A stretch of 60,961 bases of DNA, taken from IMG/VR virus record IMGVR_UViG_3300032323_001252, positions 1-60,961 of that record; one strand, given 5' to 3'. Shown here piece by piece: positions 48,784 to 58,268 of the stretch. A program made the translations under genes and the position numbers. The stretch comes from a virus (taxonomy: Duplodnaviria > Caudoviricetes). Each line of letters opens with the position of its first letter. Within the stretch, counting starts at the first letter, position 1. A model generated the notes under the pieces. It did not search any database. It was not told where the DNA came from and saw only the letters and a list, made by a program, of their open reading frames with translations.

Positions 48784-49190
48784 TAGCTCAATGTTAATAA
48801 GTATTTAGTTTTAGCTGCTTCTCCAGACAATGCATCAGCTAAGTTACATACATCATGATATGCATTTCTTTCTCCGTAAGCTTTCAATGATGATGCAAAT
48901 GACATTATGTTTGATACGCATTTTTCAGATGTACAATCTGTAAGAGGTTCAATTTTATAAACTCCAGGTCTTTGACCTGTATAGCCCATAATCTTCTCAA
49001 TCAATCCATCTTTGAAATCATGTACATAATCGTACAATCCTCCTAGAGCTTGATGTTCAGCATAACTCTTTGTCTGCCAATGTAACAGATGTAATTGCTC
49101 ATGAAAATACGTAAGCTTCCCAGCTATTGTTTCCAAGTTTAATTCTCCTGATTTCATCATCTCATCAGGGAATATTGATTTAAGTGCCAT
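48783..49190 (-). CDS. Ferritin/Dps-like protein (DUF5856-like)
   Basis: HLLHWQTKSYAEHQALGGLYD......D.LIE..MG; K.KYLLTL. Confidence 0.75.
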   Translation of the reverse strand: MALKSIFPDEMMKSGELNLETIAGKLTYFHEQLHLLHWQTKSYAEHQALGGLYDYVHDFKDGLIEKIMGYTGQRPGVYKIEPLTDCTSEKCVSNIMSFASSLKAYGERNAYHDVCNLADALSGEAAKTKYLLTLS

Positions 49191-49201
49191 TTTATTTTAT
49201 T

Positions 49202-49855
49202 TTAAATTATTGTTGATGCATTACCTACTAAGTTACAATTAGTAATTGTTACTGCAGTACCACCTAAATTACAATTAGTAATTTCTGTAACATTGCCTCC
49301 TAAATTACAAGCACTGATTGACGTTGCAATGCCTGCTAACGCACAAGGAGAAATAGTGGTAGTAGTAGTTGTAGTAGGTGCTATTGTTGTGGTAGTACTA
49401 GTCGTAGGTAATCCAGTTGTAGTTGTCGTTGTTGTTGATGCTACCACCATTGTAGTGGTCGTAGTGGTTGATCCTACTATTGTAGTAGTTGTAGTTGTTG
49501 TACTACTACTACTAGTGGTTGTAGTGGTACTGATAGGAATAGTGGTTGTAGTAGTAGTTGTAGGAACATACGGCCTGTATGTTGCATTAATCTCTAACCA
49601 ATACGTACCAGAATCAGCATCTGATGGAGCACCTGATAGTAATAACAAACTACTAGGAACAACTCTACCGTATGCATCAAGTCTAACAAAAGCTCTTAAT
49701 GAATTAGAGGTGAGTACACTATTGCCGATAGCTTTGCTTACGGGTTGCCAATTGCCAACCTTTGGTCTATAAGGACTAATGATAGGACCCCCAGGAACAA
49801 TACGTCCCTGAGAGTTATATCTTACATAAGCTATATTACCGTTTCTTCCTAGCAT
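49202..49855 (-). CDS. Thr-rich mucin-like putative virion decoration protein
   Basis: Two A[FY]VR..GR[IV]V modules, ~70-residue poly-Thr tract, four C[AN]L.G repeats. Confidence 0.7.
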   Translation of the reverse strand: MLGRNGNIAYVRYNSQGRIVPGGPIISPYRPKVGNWQPVSKAIGNSVLTSNSLRAFVRLDAYGRVVPSSLLLLSGAPSDADSGTYWLEINATYRPYVPTTTTTTTIPISTTTTTSSSSTTTTTTTIVGSTTTTTTMVVASTTTTTTTGLPTTSTTTTIAPTTTTTTTISPCALAGIATSISACNLGGNVTEITNCNLGGTAVTITNCNLVGNASTII

Positions 49856-49857
49856 TA

Positions 49858-50076
49858 TTATGCCACTGTTGTGGTAGTAGTTGTAGTAGAAGGAGCAATT
49901 GTTGTAGTTGATGTCGTAGTAGTATTAGCATTAGTTCCTCTATAATATGTAGGAATTTCTCTCCATGTACCTGATTTAGGTTTCGAGGCTCTGAAGACAG
50001 GTGTTCCTGATACTACACGACCTGTAGAATCAATTTGAACAAATGCTTTTAATTTTGGGGTTGCGTTATTTGCCAT
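49858..50076 (-). CDS. Short anchor-module protein with poly-Thr tail
   Basis: LKAFVQIDSTGRVV...W.EIPTY then TTTTSTTTIAPSTTTTTTTVA. Confidence 0.75.
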   Translation of the reverse strand: MANNATPKLKAFVQIDSTGRVVSGTPVFRASKPKSGTWREIPTYYRGTNANTTTTSTTTIAPSTTTTTTTVA

Positions 50077-50078
50077 GA

Positions 50079-50510
50079 TTAATCTGGGTAAACTGTGAAT
50101 GCTAATTCTCCATTAGGACATAATAAATCTTTAACAGATGATGGTACACTTAATTGAATATTACCATCTCCTGCATTTGAATATGTTCCAAATTGACGAG
50201 TGTATTCAGATGTATTAAGTGCATCTACAAGTTCGTCTACAGTTGTAAGTGATGTATCATCATGTACATACTGATAAGCTACATTTGCCTCACCACAATA
50301 GATTGTAACAGCAGGATAACTTTGAGGTAATGATTCTCCTACATTAAATAATAATAGAGTAGGAACATTATTACAACATTCATATGTAGGAATTTCAAAC
50401 CAACGACCAACTCGTGGTTTATTCTTTCTCAGAATAAGGCTGCTTGCGACAACCCTTCCGCTACCATCGTAGCGAACAAATGCTTTTAATTTCTTCTGAT
50501 TATTAGCCAT
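50079..50510 (-). CDS. Anchor-module protein with globular passenger domain
   Basis: LKAFVRYDGSGRVV...W.EIPTY; C-domain similar to 52156-52563. Confidence 0.75.
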   Translation of the reverse strand: MANNQKKLKAFVRYDGSGRVVASSLILRKNKPRVGRWFEIPTYECCNNVPTLLLFNVGESLPQSYPAVTIYCGEANVAYQYVHDDTSLTTVDELVDALNTSEYTRQFGTYSNAGDGNIQLSVPSSVKDLLCPNGELAFTVYPD

Positions 50511-50515
50511 GTTAA

Positions 50516-51538
50516 TTAATAAGTTAAATTGTATTTTTCTTTAAGTTCAAGAAGTCTACTTACATAATAATGTGTACCAAGCAATTTGCTCTTCTCATTG
50601 TTATATACGTATTCTAAATGCGAGTCAGTGAAAGGATCTATACCATTGTGGTATTTACCTTTATAGAATGTAGGGATGTCACCCATAGTGTCTCCTACCA
50701 TTCCAGCATTATGAAAGATCCCAAGTCTGTGTACTTTTTCTATCTGATCAGAAGCCCAAGCAAATTCCATTTCTGGAACAACTTTAGTTTCATCACCTCT
50801 ACGCCATAGATTCCATAGAACAGCCCACATATCTGCACACCAACTTTGAAAACCTCTATCCTCACTTTCAAAGAACTCTCTATTAACTTCCATTAAGAAC
50901 AAGCGAATAGAAATACAATCACTCATTACATGTTCCCAGAACTCTGCATCAATGTTCTTTAATAGATATTGAGCCCCTCCTGAATGTAAATTGTAATGCT
51001 CTGCAATTTCTCTATTAACATTACAAATAGCTGTAGTTTCTTGTAGAATATCACGTTCTTTGTATGCTTCTAGCTTGTGTGGTAGAACATCTCTATCCTT
51101 ACTATCAAAGTAACTAGCATTGATATAGCTGTTAGTATCTGATAAGTAATGTACATCATCGTTTATGTACTGATCAATGTTGAACTTGTCTGTAAATACT
51201 ACATCACAATCACAATACAGTAATGTTTTTTCTTTCATCTCAGGATGATCCTGGAAGTAACGCATCAATGTGTACGGACGTAGCACAGAAATATAGATTC
51301 CTAATAACGAGCTAACTCTGTTCTCATCATCCTTATAGAAAGCAAACTCTGCTTCTGGATATAAGTCAACAAGTTTTTGCCATTTGTCATTAGGCTCTCT
51401 GAAGTTTGGACAAAACACTAATATAATTGCTTTGTCTGAATGTCCAAGCTTTCTCAAGCTCTCTAGCCATAAATGCACTTGCCATGTAAAATATACATCG
51501 TCAGGTTGGGCACACACGAATTTTAGTTCTTTGTTCAT
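50516..51538 (-). CDS. GT-A fold glycosyltransferase, resembling peptide O-glycosyltransferases (HPAT/SERGT1-like)
   Basis: RPY....F, YCDCDVVF (DxD), GGAQY.L, WCADMWA, FHNAG. Confidence 0.65.
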   Translation of the reverse strand: MNKELKFVCAQPDDVYFTWQVHLWLESLRKLGHSDKAIILVFCPNFREPNDKWQKLVDLYPEAEFAFYKDDENRVSSLLGIYISVLRPYTLMRYFQDHPEMKEKTLLYCDCDVVFTDKFNIDQYINDDVHYLSDTNSYINASYFDSKDRDVLPHKLEAYKERDILQETTAICNVNREIAEHYNLHSGGAQYLLKNIDAEFWEHVMSDCISIRLFLMEVNREFFESEDRGFQSWCADMWAVLWNLWRRGDETKVVPEMEFAWASDQIEKVHRLGIFHNAGMVGDTMGDIPTFYKGKYHNGIDPFTDSHLEYVYNNEKSKLLGTHYYVSRLLELKEKYNLTY

Positions 51539-52128
51539 ATAGTAGTTGGTTTAAGTCTATCATCTCTTTTAATAATTGGTGTTGTATTAGATTTCCAAGA
51601 TATGCCATAAATAATTTGTCTAGCTGAAGCTAAACTTATATTCATGATTTTAGAAACTTCTATAATACTTTTACCAGAGTTGTATAGTTGTTTTAGTAAA
51701 GTTACATCTTTATCTGTAATTTTTGCTTTACTATTCTTTTCACCAGCTCTACTAGGTTGTAATCCTAATTCGTAAGCATGTTTTTGATTCTCAGAATTAT
51801 TCATCCATTCTAAGTTATCTGAAACATTGTTAAACTTGTTACCATCTTTGTGATTAACTTGTGGTAAACTGTTTGGATTATCTATAAAAGCTTTAGCAAC
51901 TAATCTGTGAACTACTCTTGGTAAAGAAGATGATTGTGTAAAAAGTCTTACTTCTAAATAACCTCTTCTATTAATGTAAGGTTTAAGTATTTTACTTTTA
52001 ACAATGCCTCTTCTTTTACCAGCAATTCTATCAATGCTTCTGACAGAGCCAAGACTACTTACTTCATACGAAGTTTCATATCCTGGACAAGGTCTCCACA
52101 TCTCACAGATAAATTTAAGATCCCTCAT
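51535..52128 (-). mobile_element. NUMOD4-HNH homing endonuclease
   Basis: W....GYE..YEVS.LG.VRS; VHRLVA.AFI.NP..LPQVNHKDGNK.NN...NLEW...SEN..HA. Confidence 0.9.
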
Positions 52129-52155
52129 GTAGTTAGTTGGTTTGTTTTATTTATT

Positions 52156-52563
52156 CTAGTCGTTAAATACATTAATTGCTAATGTTCCATCAGGACAATA
52201 TATGTTTTTAATTATTGTTTGCGTGGTAGTTAATTGTAATGTTGTACTATCAAAAGCAGAGAATGTTCCGTATACAGCTATTGATAGAGTAGAATTAAAT
52301 AAACTAACTAGCTCATTTATATCATTTACAGTTTGACTTGTATATAGATTGTTACCAACAGGGGTATCATCACAAGTGAAATTCATACTAGTGTAATTTA
52401 TAGGAAACGATAGTGATTGACTATATACAGTTATTGTTTGTGGAGATGGAGTGGGTAATGTAACATTACCTGCTACTTTAGTCAGGTTCTCTAACTGCTT
52501 AGAAATATTCCAAAGCAATTTAGCTCTTTGACTCCATCCTATTTGTTGACTTGGTATTGCCAT
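52156..52563 (-). CDS. MAIPS-QIGW anchor protein with passenger domain
   Basis: MAIPSQQIGW...LLWNISKQLE.LT.V shared with 53811-54182. Confidence 0.75.
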   Translation of the reverse strand: MAIPSQQIGWSQRAKLLWNISKQLENLTKVAGNVTLPTPSPQTITVYSQSLSFPINYTSMNFTCDDTPVGNNLYTSQTVNDINELVSLFNSTLSIAVYGTFSAFDSTTLQLTTTQTIIKNIYCPDGTLAINVFND

Positions 52564-52575
52564 TGTTTTATATTT

Positions 52576-53799
52576 TTAAACGTTACCCATTTGTAATGAT
52601 CCTTCTGTTCCTGCAAATGGATTAAGTGCAGAGTAAGTTGCTCCAGTATTTGTAGCGTTATGTCCGTTACCACTGTTATCAGTTAATTGTGCACTTAAGT
52701 TTGTTCCTTGGAAGATCAATAGTCTAGTAGCAGCTAAATCAGTAAGAGGAGATATTGGAACTGTAAATCCAGTTGGATCATAAACATAAGAGTTAGTCCA
52801 TCTAAAGTTACTAATCAATCCATTAAATCCTGAGTTAGGCTCATTACCATATCCAATTGTTACTGGTAAGTTCTGACTAAAGATAGCTCCATCATATGGA
52901 CCACTTGCTACTTGAACACCATCAATTAAAATATAAAGTGAGCCCCCAACTCCTGTTACACATAAGTGATACCATTGTCCTAGTGTAGGATTAAATGAAC
53001 CACTTAGTAAATTTGTATTATCTCCCCAGAAATATAGCGAACCTCCTTCAATTGAAATAGCATTAGCAGCTGGATAAACACCAAGGCTATATGGACGTGG
53101 GAAGTTACTATTGTTGTTCATGTTTACAAACATCTCAATAGTAAAGTCTCCTACAATATCAAAGTCTGAACTAGCAGCAATACCTACATAACCTGGAGGA
53201 GCTTGATTTACAGTAATATTCCATCCTCTATCTTGTAAGATTGCTCTAGCTGCAGCACTATTTTCTGTAGGAATAGCATTTGTACCACCAGCTAAATTTA
53301 CAGTTCCATTCTCTACACTACTGCCAGCTAACCATTGTAATGTATAATCTACAGCTGTTGCTGTAAGAGCATTATTATTAAGGTTAACATTGTTAAGAGA
53401 TGCTTCAGGTAATGTGATTGATGTAATATCATTACCAGAAAGATCAAAACCTGTAAGATTATTAAATGACGAGCCTGATATATCTATAGTTCCTGATATA
53501 CTACATTGATCCATATCGATCCATTGTAAAGCATTAAGTCCTGAAATGTCAGGAATACCAGCTGAGAAATTACTATCATCAAGACGTAGTTCTTGAAGAG
53601 CTGTACATCCTGATAAGTTAATACCAGTTAATGATGGATTACCACTACCATCAAGTAATTCGGTATCGCTTACATCTACGTTTACTAATTGTGTAAGTCC
53701 AGATAGATTCACTGTAGTTAATGAGTTCCAATCTGCATGAAAGGTTTGCAGATTGGTTAAGTTTTGTAAACTTGTTATTGATGTTATTACTGTTGCCAT
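52576..53799 (-). CDS. Leucine-rich repeat plus LamG/ConA-like domain protein
   Basis: LxxLxxL repeats (LSGLTQL, LSGCTALQELRLDDS); GDFTIEM, GQWYH, F.G.ISNFR. Confidence 0.8.
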   Translation of the reverse strand: MATVITSITSLQNLTNLQTFHADWNSLTTVNLSGLTQLVNVDVSDTELLDGSGNPSLTGINLSGCTALQELRLDDSNFSAGIPDISGLNALQWIDMDQCSISGTIDISGSSFNNLTGFDLSGNDITSITLPEASLNNVNLNNNALTATAVDYTLQWLAGSSVENGTVNLAGGTNAIPTENSAAARAILQDRGWNITVNQAPPGYVGIAASSDFDIVGDFTIEMFVNMNNNSNFPRPYSLGVYPAANAISIEGGSLYFWGDNTNLLSGSFNPTLGQWYHLCVTGVGGSLYILIDGVQVASGPYDGAIFSQNLPVTIGYGNEPNSGFNGLISNFRWTNSYVYDPTGFTVPISPLTDLAATRLLIFQGTNLSAQLTDNSGNGHNATNTGATYSALNPFAGTEGSLQMGNV

Positions 53800-53810
53800 G
53801 TTTGTTAAGA

Positions 53811-54182
53811 TTAATCAGTACCCCAGAAAGATATGTATGTTACTTTTGTTGCATCACTAAAACATAGTTGAACAGTGTGTGCAGTGTTTTCAGCAGTGTA
53901 TAGATGTTCTATATCTACAGTAGCACCAGTAGCAATAGTACCATTACTTGTAGTACCATCACCCCATGTAGCAGTGTATGTTATATCTGCTGATGATTCA
54001 GCAGTCATTCCAAAACCAAGTCCTCCTAATGTAGTATCAGCTACAAAGCTAATGCAGTTTGGATCAGCCTGTGGTTGACCAATATTATATACAACTCTGG
54101 TCAAATACTCTAACTGCTTAGAGATTTGCCACAACAGATTTTCTTCTGTTCCCCAACCTATTTGTCTAGATGGTATAGCCAT
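53811..54182 (-). CDS. MAIPS-QIGW anchor protein with PKD-like domain
   Basis: Shared N-terminus; TWGDGT...H.Y PKD signature. Confidence 0.75.
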   Translation of the reverse strand: MAIPSRQIGWGTEENLLWQISKQLEYLTRVVYNIGQPQADPNCISFVADTTLGGLGFGMTAESSADITYTATWGDGTTSNGTIATGATVDIEHLYTAENTAHTVQLCFSDATKVTYISFWGTD

Positions 54183-54194
54183 GTTATTATTATT

Positions 54195-55529
54195 TTAATA
54201 TATTTTATTCAATACGAACGTGTCGCTGTATATATTGTTTCCTGTACTAGCAGATCCCCATTGAATTGTTACATCTAATGTATTACCGATTGTTGTATTG
54301 AATGTTGTGTTATTCACTACATTAAATCCAAATCCTTGAACAGAAGCGTTGTTAGTCTTTGTGTAATGAAATGATCCTAATGACACAATAGATGCTACAC
54401 CAGCAGTTCCAAGTTGTCTAATTGTAAAATCAACATTCAAAGACCATACATCATTTGTAACAGCACTTCCAAGATTTTGAATACCGCTATCTAAAAGAAT
54501 AACAGATCCTGTTTTTAATTTAATTCTAATAGTTTGATTATTATTAGCATTCATAAGACCTCCTAGAATTGCTCTAAAAGAATCACCAACAGCAAATCCA
54601 TTAGCAGGTACACTCAATGTACCAACTCCTGCACCAATGATAGTTGTTTCTGCAGTGGTGTTAGTAACAGTAGCACTATTAGCTGTTTGAGCATATAAAC
54701 CAGGTGTGCCTGCTGGTCCTTGTGCACCTGTATCTCCTTTAGGACCAACTTCTCCCTGAATACCTTGTATACCCTGAATACCCTGAATTCCTTGAATACC
54801 CTGAGCACCAGTGTTACCTGTATCACCTTTAGGTCCTTGTGGACCTGGATCTCCTTGTGGTCCTTTTATATCACCAGCATCAAACCATGCTGTTCCATTC
54901 CAAGTCATTAAAGAACCATCAGATAATAAAATCCAAGAATCTCCTATGTTAGCACCAGGTTGAGAACCTGCACCAGCTTCAAACGCAGCTAAATCAGCAT
55001 AAGATCCAAGAAGAGTTACAGAATTACCTGCACTTCCTTGAGCTCCTGTCTCACCTTGTATACCTTGAGGACCTATATCTCCTTGATCACCTTTAACCCC
55101 TTGGATACCTTGAATACCTTGTTCTCCTTGAACACCTTGTATTCCCTGGATTCCTTGTACTCCTTGAGGTCCTTGTAGATCGCCTACATCTTCCCAAGCA
55201 TTAGTTACTGTATTCCAAACATATAAAGAACCATCAGACTCAATTATCCATGCTGTACCAGGCTCACCAGGATCTCCACCAGCACCTGCTTGAAATGCAG
55301 CTAAGTCAGGATAAGATCCTAACACTGTTAAAGCAGCACCTGTTTCTCCTTGAGGACCTTGTATACCCTGTACTCCTTGGATTCCTTGTGGACCTTGTAC
55401 ACCCTGTGGGCCTGGAGGACCTACTAATCCTTCACTTTGAATTAGTTCATCTAGGTTTAACCAACCCTTATACCCATTACAATCTCTGCAAGATTTTTCC
55501 CAGAAGCCTGTCTTTATAAACGTAGGCAT
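54195..55529 (-). CDS. Collagen-like fibre protein
   Basis: Three Gly-X-Y tracts separated by two copies of LGSY.DLAAF.AGAG...DGSL..WN...W.D.GD. Confidence 0.85.
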   Translation of the reverse strand: MPTFIKTGFWEKSCRDCNGYKGWLNLDELIQSEGLVGPPGPQGVQGPQGIQGVQGIQGPQGETGAALTVLGSYPDLAAFQAGAGGDPGEPGTAWIIESDGSLYVWNTVTNAWEDVGDLQGPQGVQGIQGIQGVQGEQGIQGIQGVKGDQGDIGPQGIQGETGAQGSAGNSVTLLGSYADLAAFEAGAGSQPGANIGDSWILLSDGSLMTWNGTAWFDAGDIKGPQGDPGPQGPKGDTGNTGAQGIQGIQGIQGIQGIQGEVGPKGDTGAQGPAGTPGLYAQTANSATVTNTTAETTIIGAGVGTLSVPANGFAVGDSFRAILGGLMNANNNQTIRIKLKTGSVILLDSGIQNLGSAVTNDVWSLNVDFTIRQLGTAGVASIVSLGSFHYTKTNNASVQGFGFNVVNNTTFNTTIGNTLDVTIQWGSASTGNNIYSDTFVLNKIY

Positions 55530-55638
55530 GATAAATTTTTGTTAAATATTACAAATATATATTAGTTAAAACAATATACAATAGATTGTTACAAATTGAC
55601 AATAACCAAATTAGTTACATCAACTCTAATTAAATCGA

Positions 55639-56856
55639 TTAGAGATTGATCTTTGTACCTATCATTCCAAAATATGTTGGAGGAACTATAGGATTTGTAT
55701 TCAATGATGTCTTTAAAGCAAAGTTGAACTTGAATCTTTTAGTCAAAGCTATATCAAATGATGCTCCTGTTAGTATCCCTACATCATTAGATGTAATAAA
55801 CTTTTGTTGTGCTGTGAGATAACCAGTGGATGATCCAGACAAATAGATGTCAGGAGAGATGGTTAGTTTCTTATTGATTGGTACAGGGACAGTGTAGAAT
55901 AGTAGAATGTTGTTGGATAGATTCATTCCTTTGTCTGCACCAGCTACACTAAATGTATAGTTAACACCTGTAGTTCCCCACTTACCAAACGGGAATATAC
56001 TAGCAGCTGTGACAAAACCTAATGTTGTACCAGCTAGATACACTCCTGTAATACCAAAGTTAGATATGTTATCTAGTTTACCATCATTGAAATTCATGAT
56101 AGTGTATCTACCAGATACAGCAAACTGATTCAGTGTGCTCCATATCATTGAGCTTAATCCCCAAGATGTGTTCCCCATAAGAGAACTTTGAGACATTCCT
56201 AACGAAGCAATAACACTAAGCTGGCTATCATTTGCAGGAGCGACAGTAAAATCAGAACTATAAATGATGGGATTAATACGTGCCTGAGATTTACCAGAGC
56301 CCTTAGACTCCTTCTTTGACTCAGACTTAGATTCTGATTTCTCTTCCTTACTTTCGCTTTTACTTTCACTACTGGACTCACTTTTGGTTTCTGTTTTGGT
56401 TTCTGATGATGAACTACTACTGCTACTAGATCCACTGGCTGCTGGAGCAGGTGTACTAGCTACAGGAGGAGGGCTACTAACAGCAGCAGAGGTAGCAGCA
56501 CTTGCTGCTGCAGCTGTGGCAGAACTAGTAGCTTGTGCTGTAGCTTGACTTGTAGCAGTGGCTACAGCTTGTTGTACAGCATTAGCAATGGTTTGTTGCA
56601 CAGCTAACGTAGCTTGTGGACATGGAAAGTTGATTGTTAAATCATTTATCCACGCCTGAAGAGCTCCTGTAGTTATATCATTTGCTGTTACAACTCTGAA
56701 TCTTCCTCTATAGACAACTGTAGTTTTACCATTAGCTATTGGAACAGTGACCGTTGTCACACTTCCTGAACAGGGATCAACAAATACCTGTGTTAATACC
56801 TGACCTTTAACACCAAAGAATGTCAGTATTAGTATTAATAGCCATATCCATTTCAC
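55639..56856 (-). CDS. Exported protein with Ala/Ser/Glu linker and beta-barrel-like C-domain
   Basis: Signal peptide MKWIWLLILILTFFGVKG/Q; alternating beta pattern ending YFGMIGTKINL. Confidence 0.65.
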   Translation of the reverse strand: MKWIWLLILILTFFGVKGQVLTQVFVDPCSGSVTTVTVPIANGKTTVVYRGRFRVVTANDITTGALQAWINDLTINFPCPQATLAVQQTIANAVQQAVATATSQATAQATSSATAAAASAATSAAVSSPPPVASTPAPAASGSSSSSSSSSETKTETKSESSSESKSESKEEKSESKSESKKESKGSGKSQARINPIIYSSDFTVAPANDSQLSVIASLGMSQSSLMGNTSWGLSSMIWSTLNQFAVSGRYTIMNFNDGKLDNISNFGITGVYLAGTTLGFVTAASIFPFGKWGTTGVNYTFSVAGADKGMNLSNNILLFYTVPVPINKKLTISPDIYLSGSSTGYLTAQQKFITSNDVGILTGASFDIALTKRFKFNFALKTSLNTNPIVPPTYFGMIGTKINL

Positions 56857-57578
56857 TACTTGAATAGATTCTTTTTAATCATTCTTACAATAATCTTAGC
56901 ACTAGCTGTTTCAAGTGCTTTCTTAGTCGTTGTACCAATCGTGGATTGGTTAAACTTAATATCAGTAAAGTTAGCATCGTTCATTAGTGTTGCTTCTCTT
57001 GTTGTCTTAGCTTCACCAAGTCCTGATCCTGTAAACAATGTACCAGTCTCAGCATCAACAAACTTAACTTGCATACCTAGTCTTGTGACTACAATCTGCT
57101 TAACACCATCTTTCATAGAGATGGATTCATCTTCTGATACAGAGAAGTCATATACCTCAATGTAAACAAAGTAGCGAGCTAATCTAATTTTGCCCCTACC
57201 ATCTAGCTTATCTTCTGTAATGCCTTTCTGACTAGCCTGAAACTGTTTCACCATACGGTTTTTAATCTCAGCTTTGTCCTCAGTAAATAGGAATCTGTTT
57301 GTCTCTTCTAGGAATTCAATCACTATGTTAGTAACACCAAGACCCACTCTTTTGTCTTTGAGTTCTGGATAAGCAGCATAGAGCTCTTCGTTAATACCAA
57401 GAGATAGCAATTGGATAGGGATTTTGGGACCATCGTAATCCATTAAAGAGTCAATGTTAATCTTCTTCTCAAAAGATGCCTGATAGGCTTCCGTTTTTAC
57501 TGTAGCACTTTGAGCACTAACCTTGAACGTTAGTAATGAGCTCAATAATAAAACGAATAATAAGCTTAACTTCTTCAT
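56856..57578 (-). CDS. CsgG-like exported protein
   Basis: Signal peptide; G..NI..E.L..T.RF...E; QVKFVDAETG....G.G.GEA. Confidence 0.65.
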   Translation of the reverse strand: MKKLSLLFVLLLSSLLTFKVSAQSATVKTEAYQASFEKKINIDSLMDYDGPKIPIQLLSLGINEELYAAYPELKDKRVGLGVTNIVIEFLEETNRFLFTEDKAEIKNRMVKQFQASQKGITEDKLDGRGKIRLARYFVYIEVYDFSVSEDESISMKDGVKQIVVTRLGMQVKFVDAETGTLFTGSGLGEAKTTREATLMNDANFTDIKFNQSTIGTTTKKALETASAKIIVRMIKKNLFK

Positions 57579-57606
57579 ATAGTTTTCTCATTAAGAGGGG
57601 GTTTCG

Positions 57607-57912
57607 TTACCACTGTGGCTCGTCTTTCAAAGCCTCTTTTTCTGTTTTCTTAGCAGGTGCAGCTGGCTTAGCAGCTTCCTTCTCCTTGATGATAACAGTT
57701 TTGCCACCAGCAGATTGTTGTTGCTGTTGTGCATTTGAGTTAGTGATGTTGATCACTGGAGCAGGTGCTGTAACTGCTGCTGGTGTAGCTGCTGCTTCTT
57801 CTTCACCTGTTAATTGTTTAGTCACAAAACCACCTACACCTAGTGCGATAGTACTTGCTAGTCCGATAAGGATGCTCTTTAATGAGCCTCCACCTTCTTG
57901 TTCTTCTGCCAT
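57607..57912 (-). CDS. Small membrane-anchored low-complexity protein
   Basis: N-terminal TM, PVINIT, Q-run. Confidence 0.7.
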   Translation of the reverse strand: MAEEQEGGGSLKSILIGLASTIALGVGGFVTKQLTGEEEAAATPAAVTAPAPVINITNSNAQQQQQSAGGKTVIIKEKEAAKPAAPAKKTEKEALKDEPQW

Positions 57913-57913
57913 A

Positions 57914-58267
57914 TTAATTAAGGATTAAGGGTTTTTTAATAATAGTTCCTGAGATATCGATAAGATGTAAATCATACATACCTGTAGGTAATTCGTTTAA
58001 GTTAATAGTTTTAATTGTAGCTTCTGATTCAGCTGTAAATCCAACTGTCTTAACAGGTTCTGTTTTTCCAAATGTATACACTTGAAGTGAATACTTAGCT
58101 CCTGCTGTAGTGTTAGCTACTATTGTAGTAGATTTGTTAGATACAGTAATAGATGTAATGTCTGTGCCCTTTGCTGTAGCACCAAGATCAATTTCTCTCT
58201 CCAAGACTTCAATGTCTTGACAAGAAACTAATATCATTAAAAATATAAATACGATTGCGTGTCTCAT
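57914..58267 (-). CDS. Lipoprotein with Ig/T9SS-CTD-like domain
   Basis: MRHAIVFIFLMILVS/C lipobox; LNELPTGMYDLHL.D..G..IKKPLI. Confidence 0.65.
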   Translation of the reverse strand: MRHAIVFIFLMILVSCQDIEVLEREIDLGATAKGTDITSITVSNKSTTIVANTTAGAKYSLQVYTFGKTEPVKTVGFTAESEATIKTINLNELPTGMYDLHLIDISGTIIKKPLILN

Positions 58268-58268
58268 G

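Noticed and set aside
49293-49772. 159 aa poly-Val ORF
   Set aside because: Reverse complement of the poly-Thr codons
54710-55420. 9-nt-period DNA repeats
   Set aside because: Explained by collagen Gly-X-Y coding
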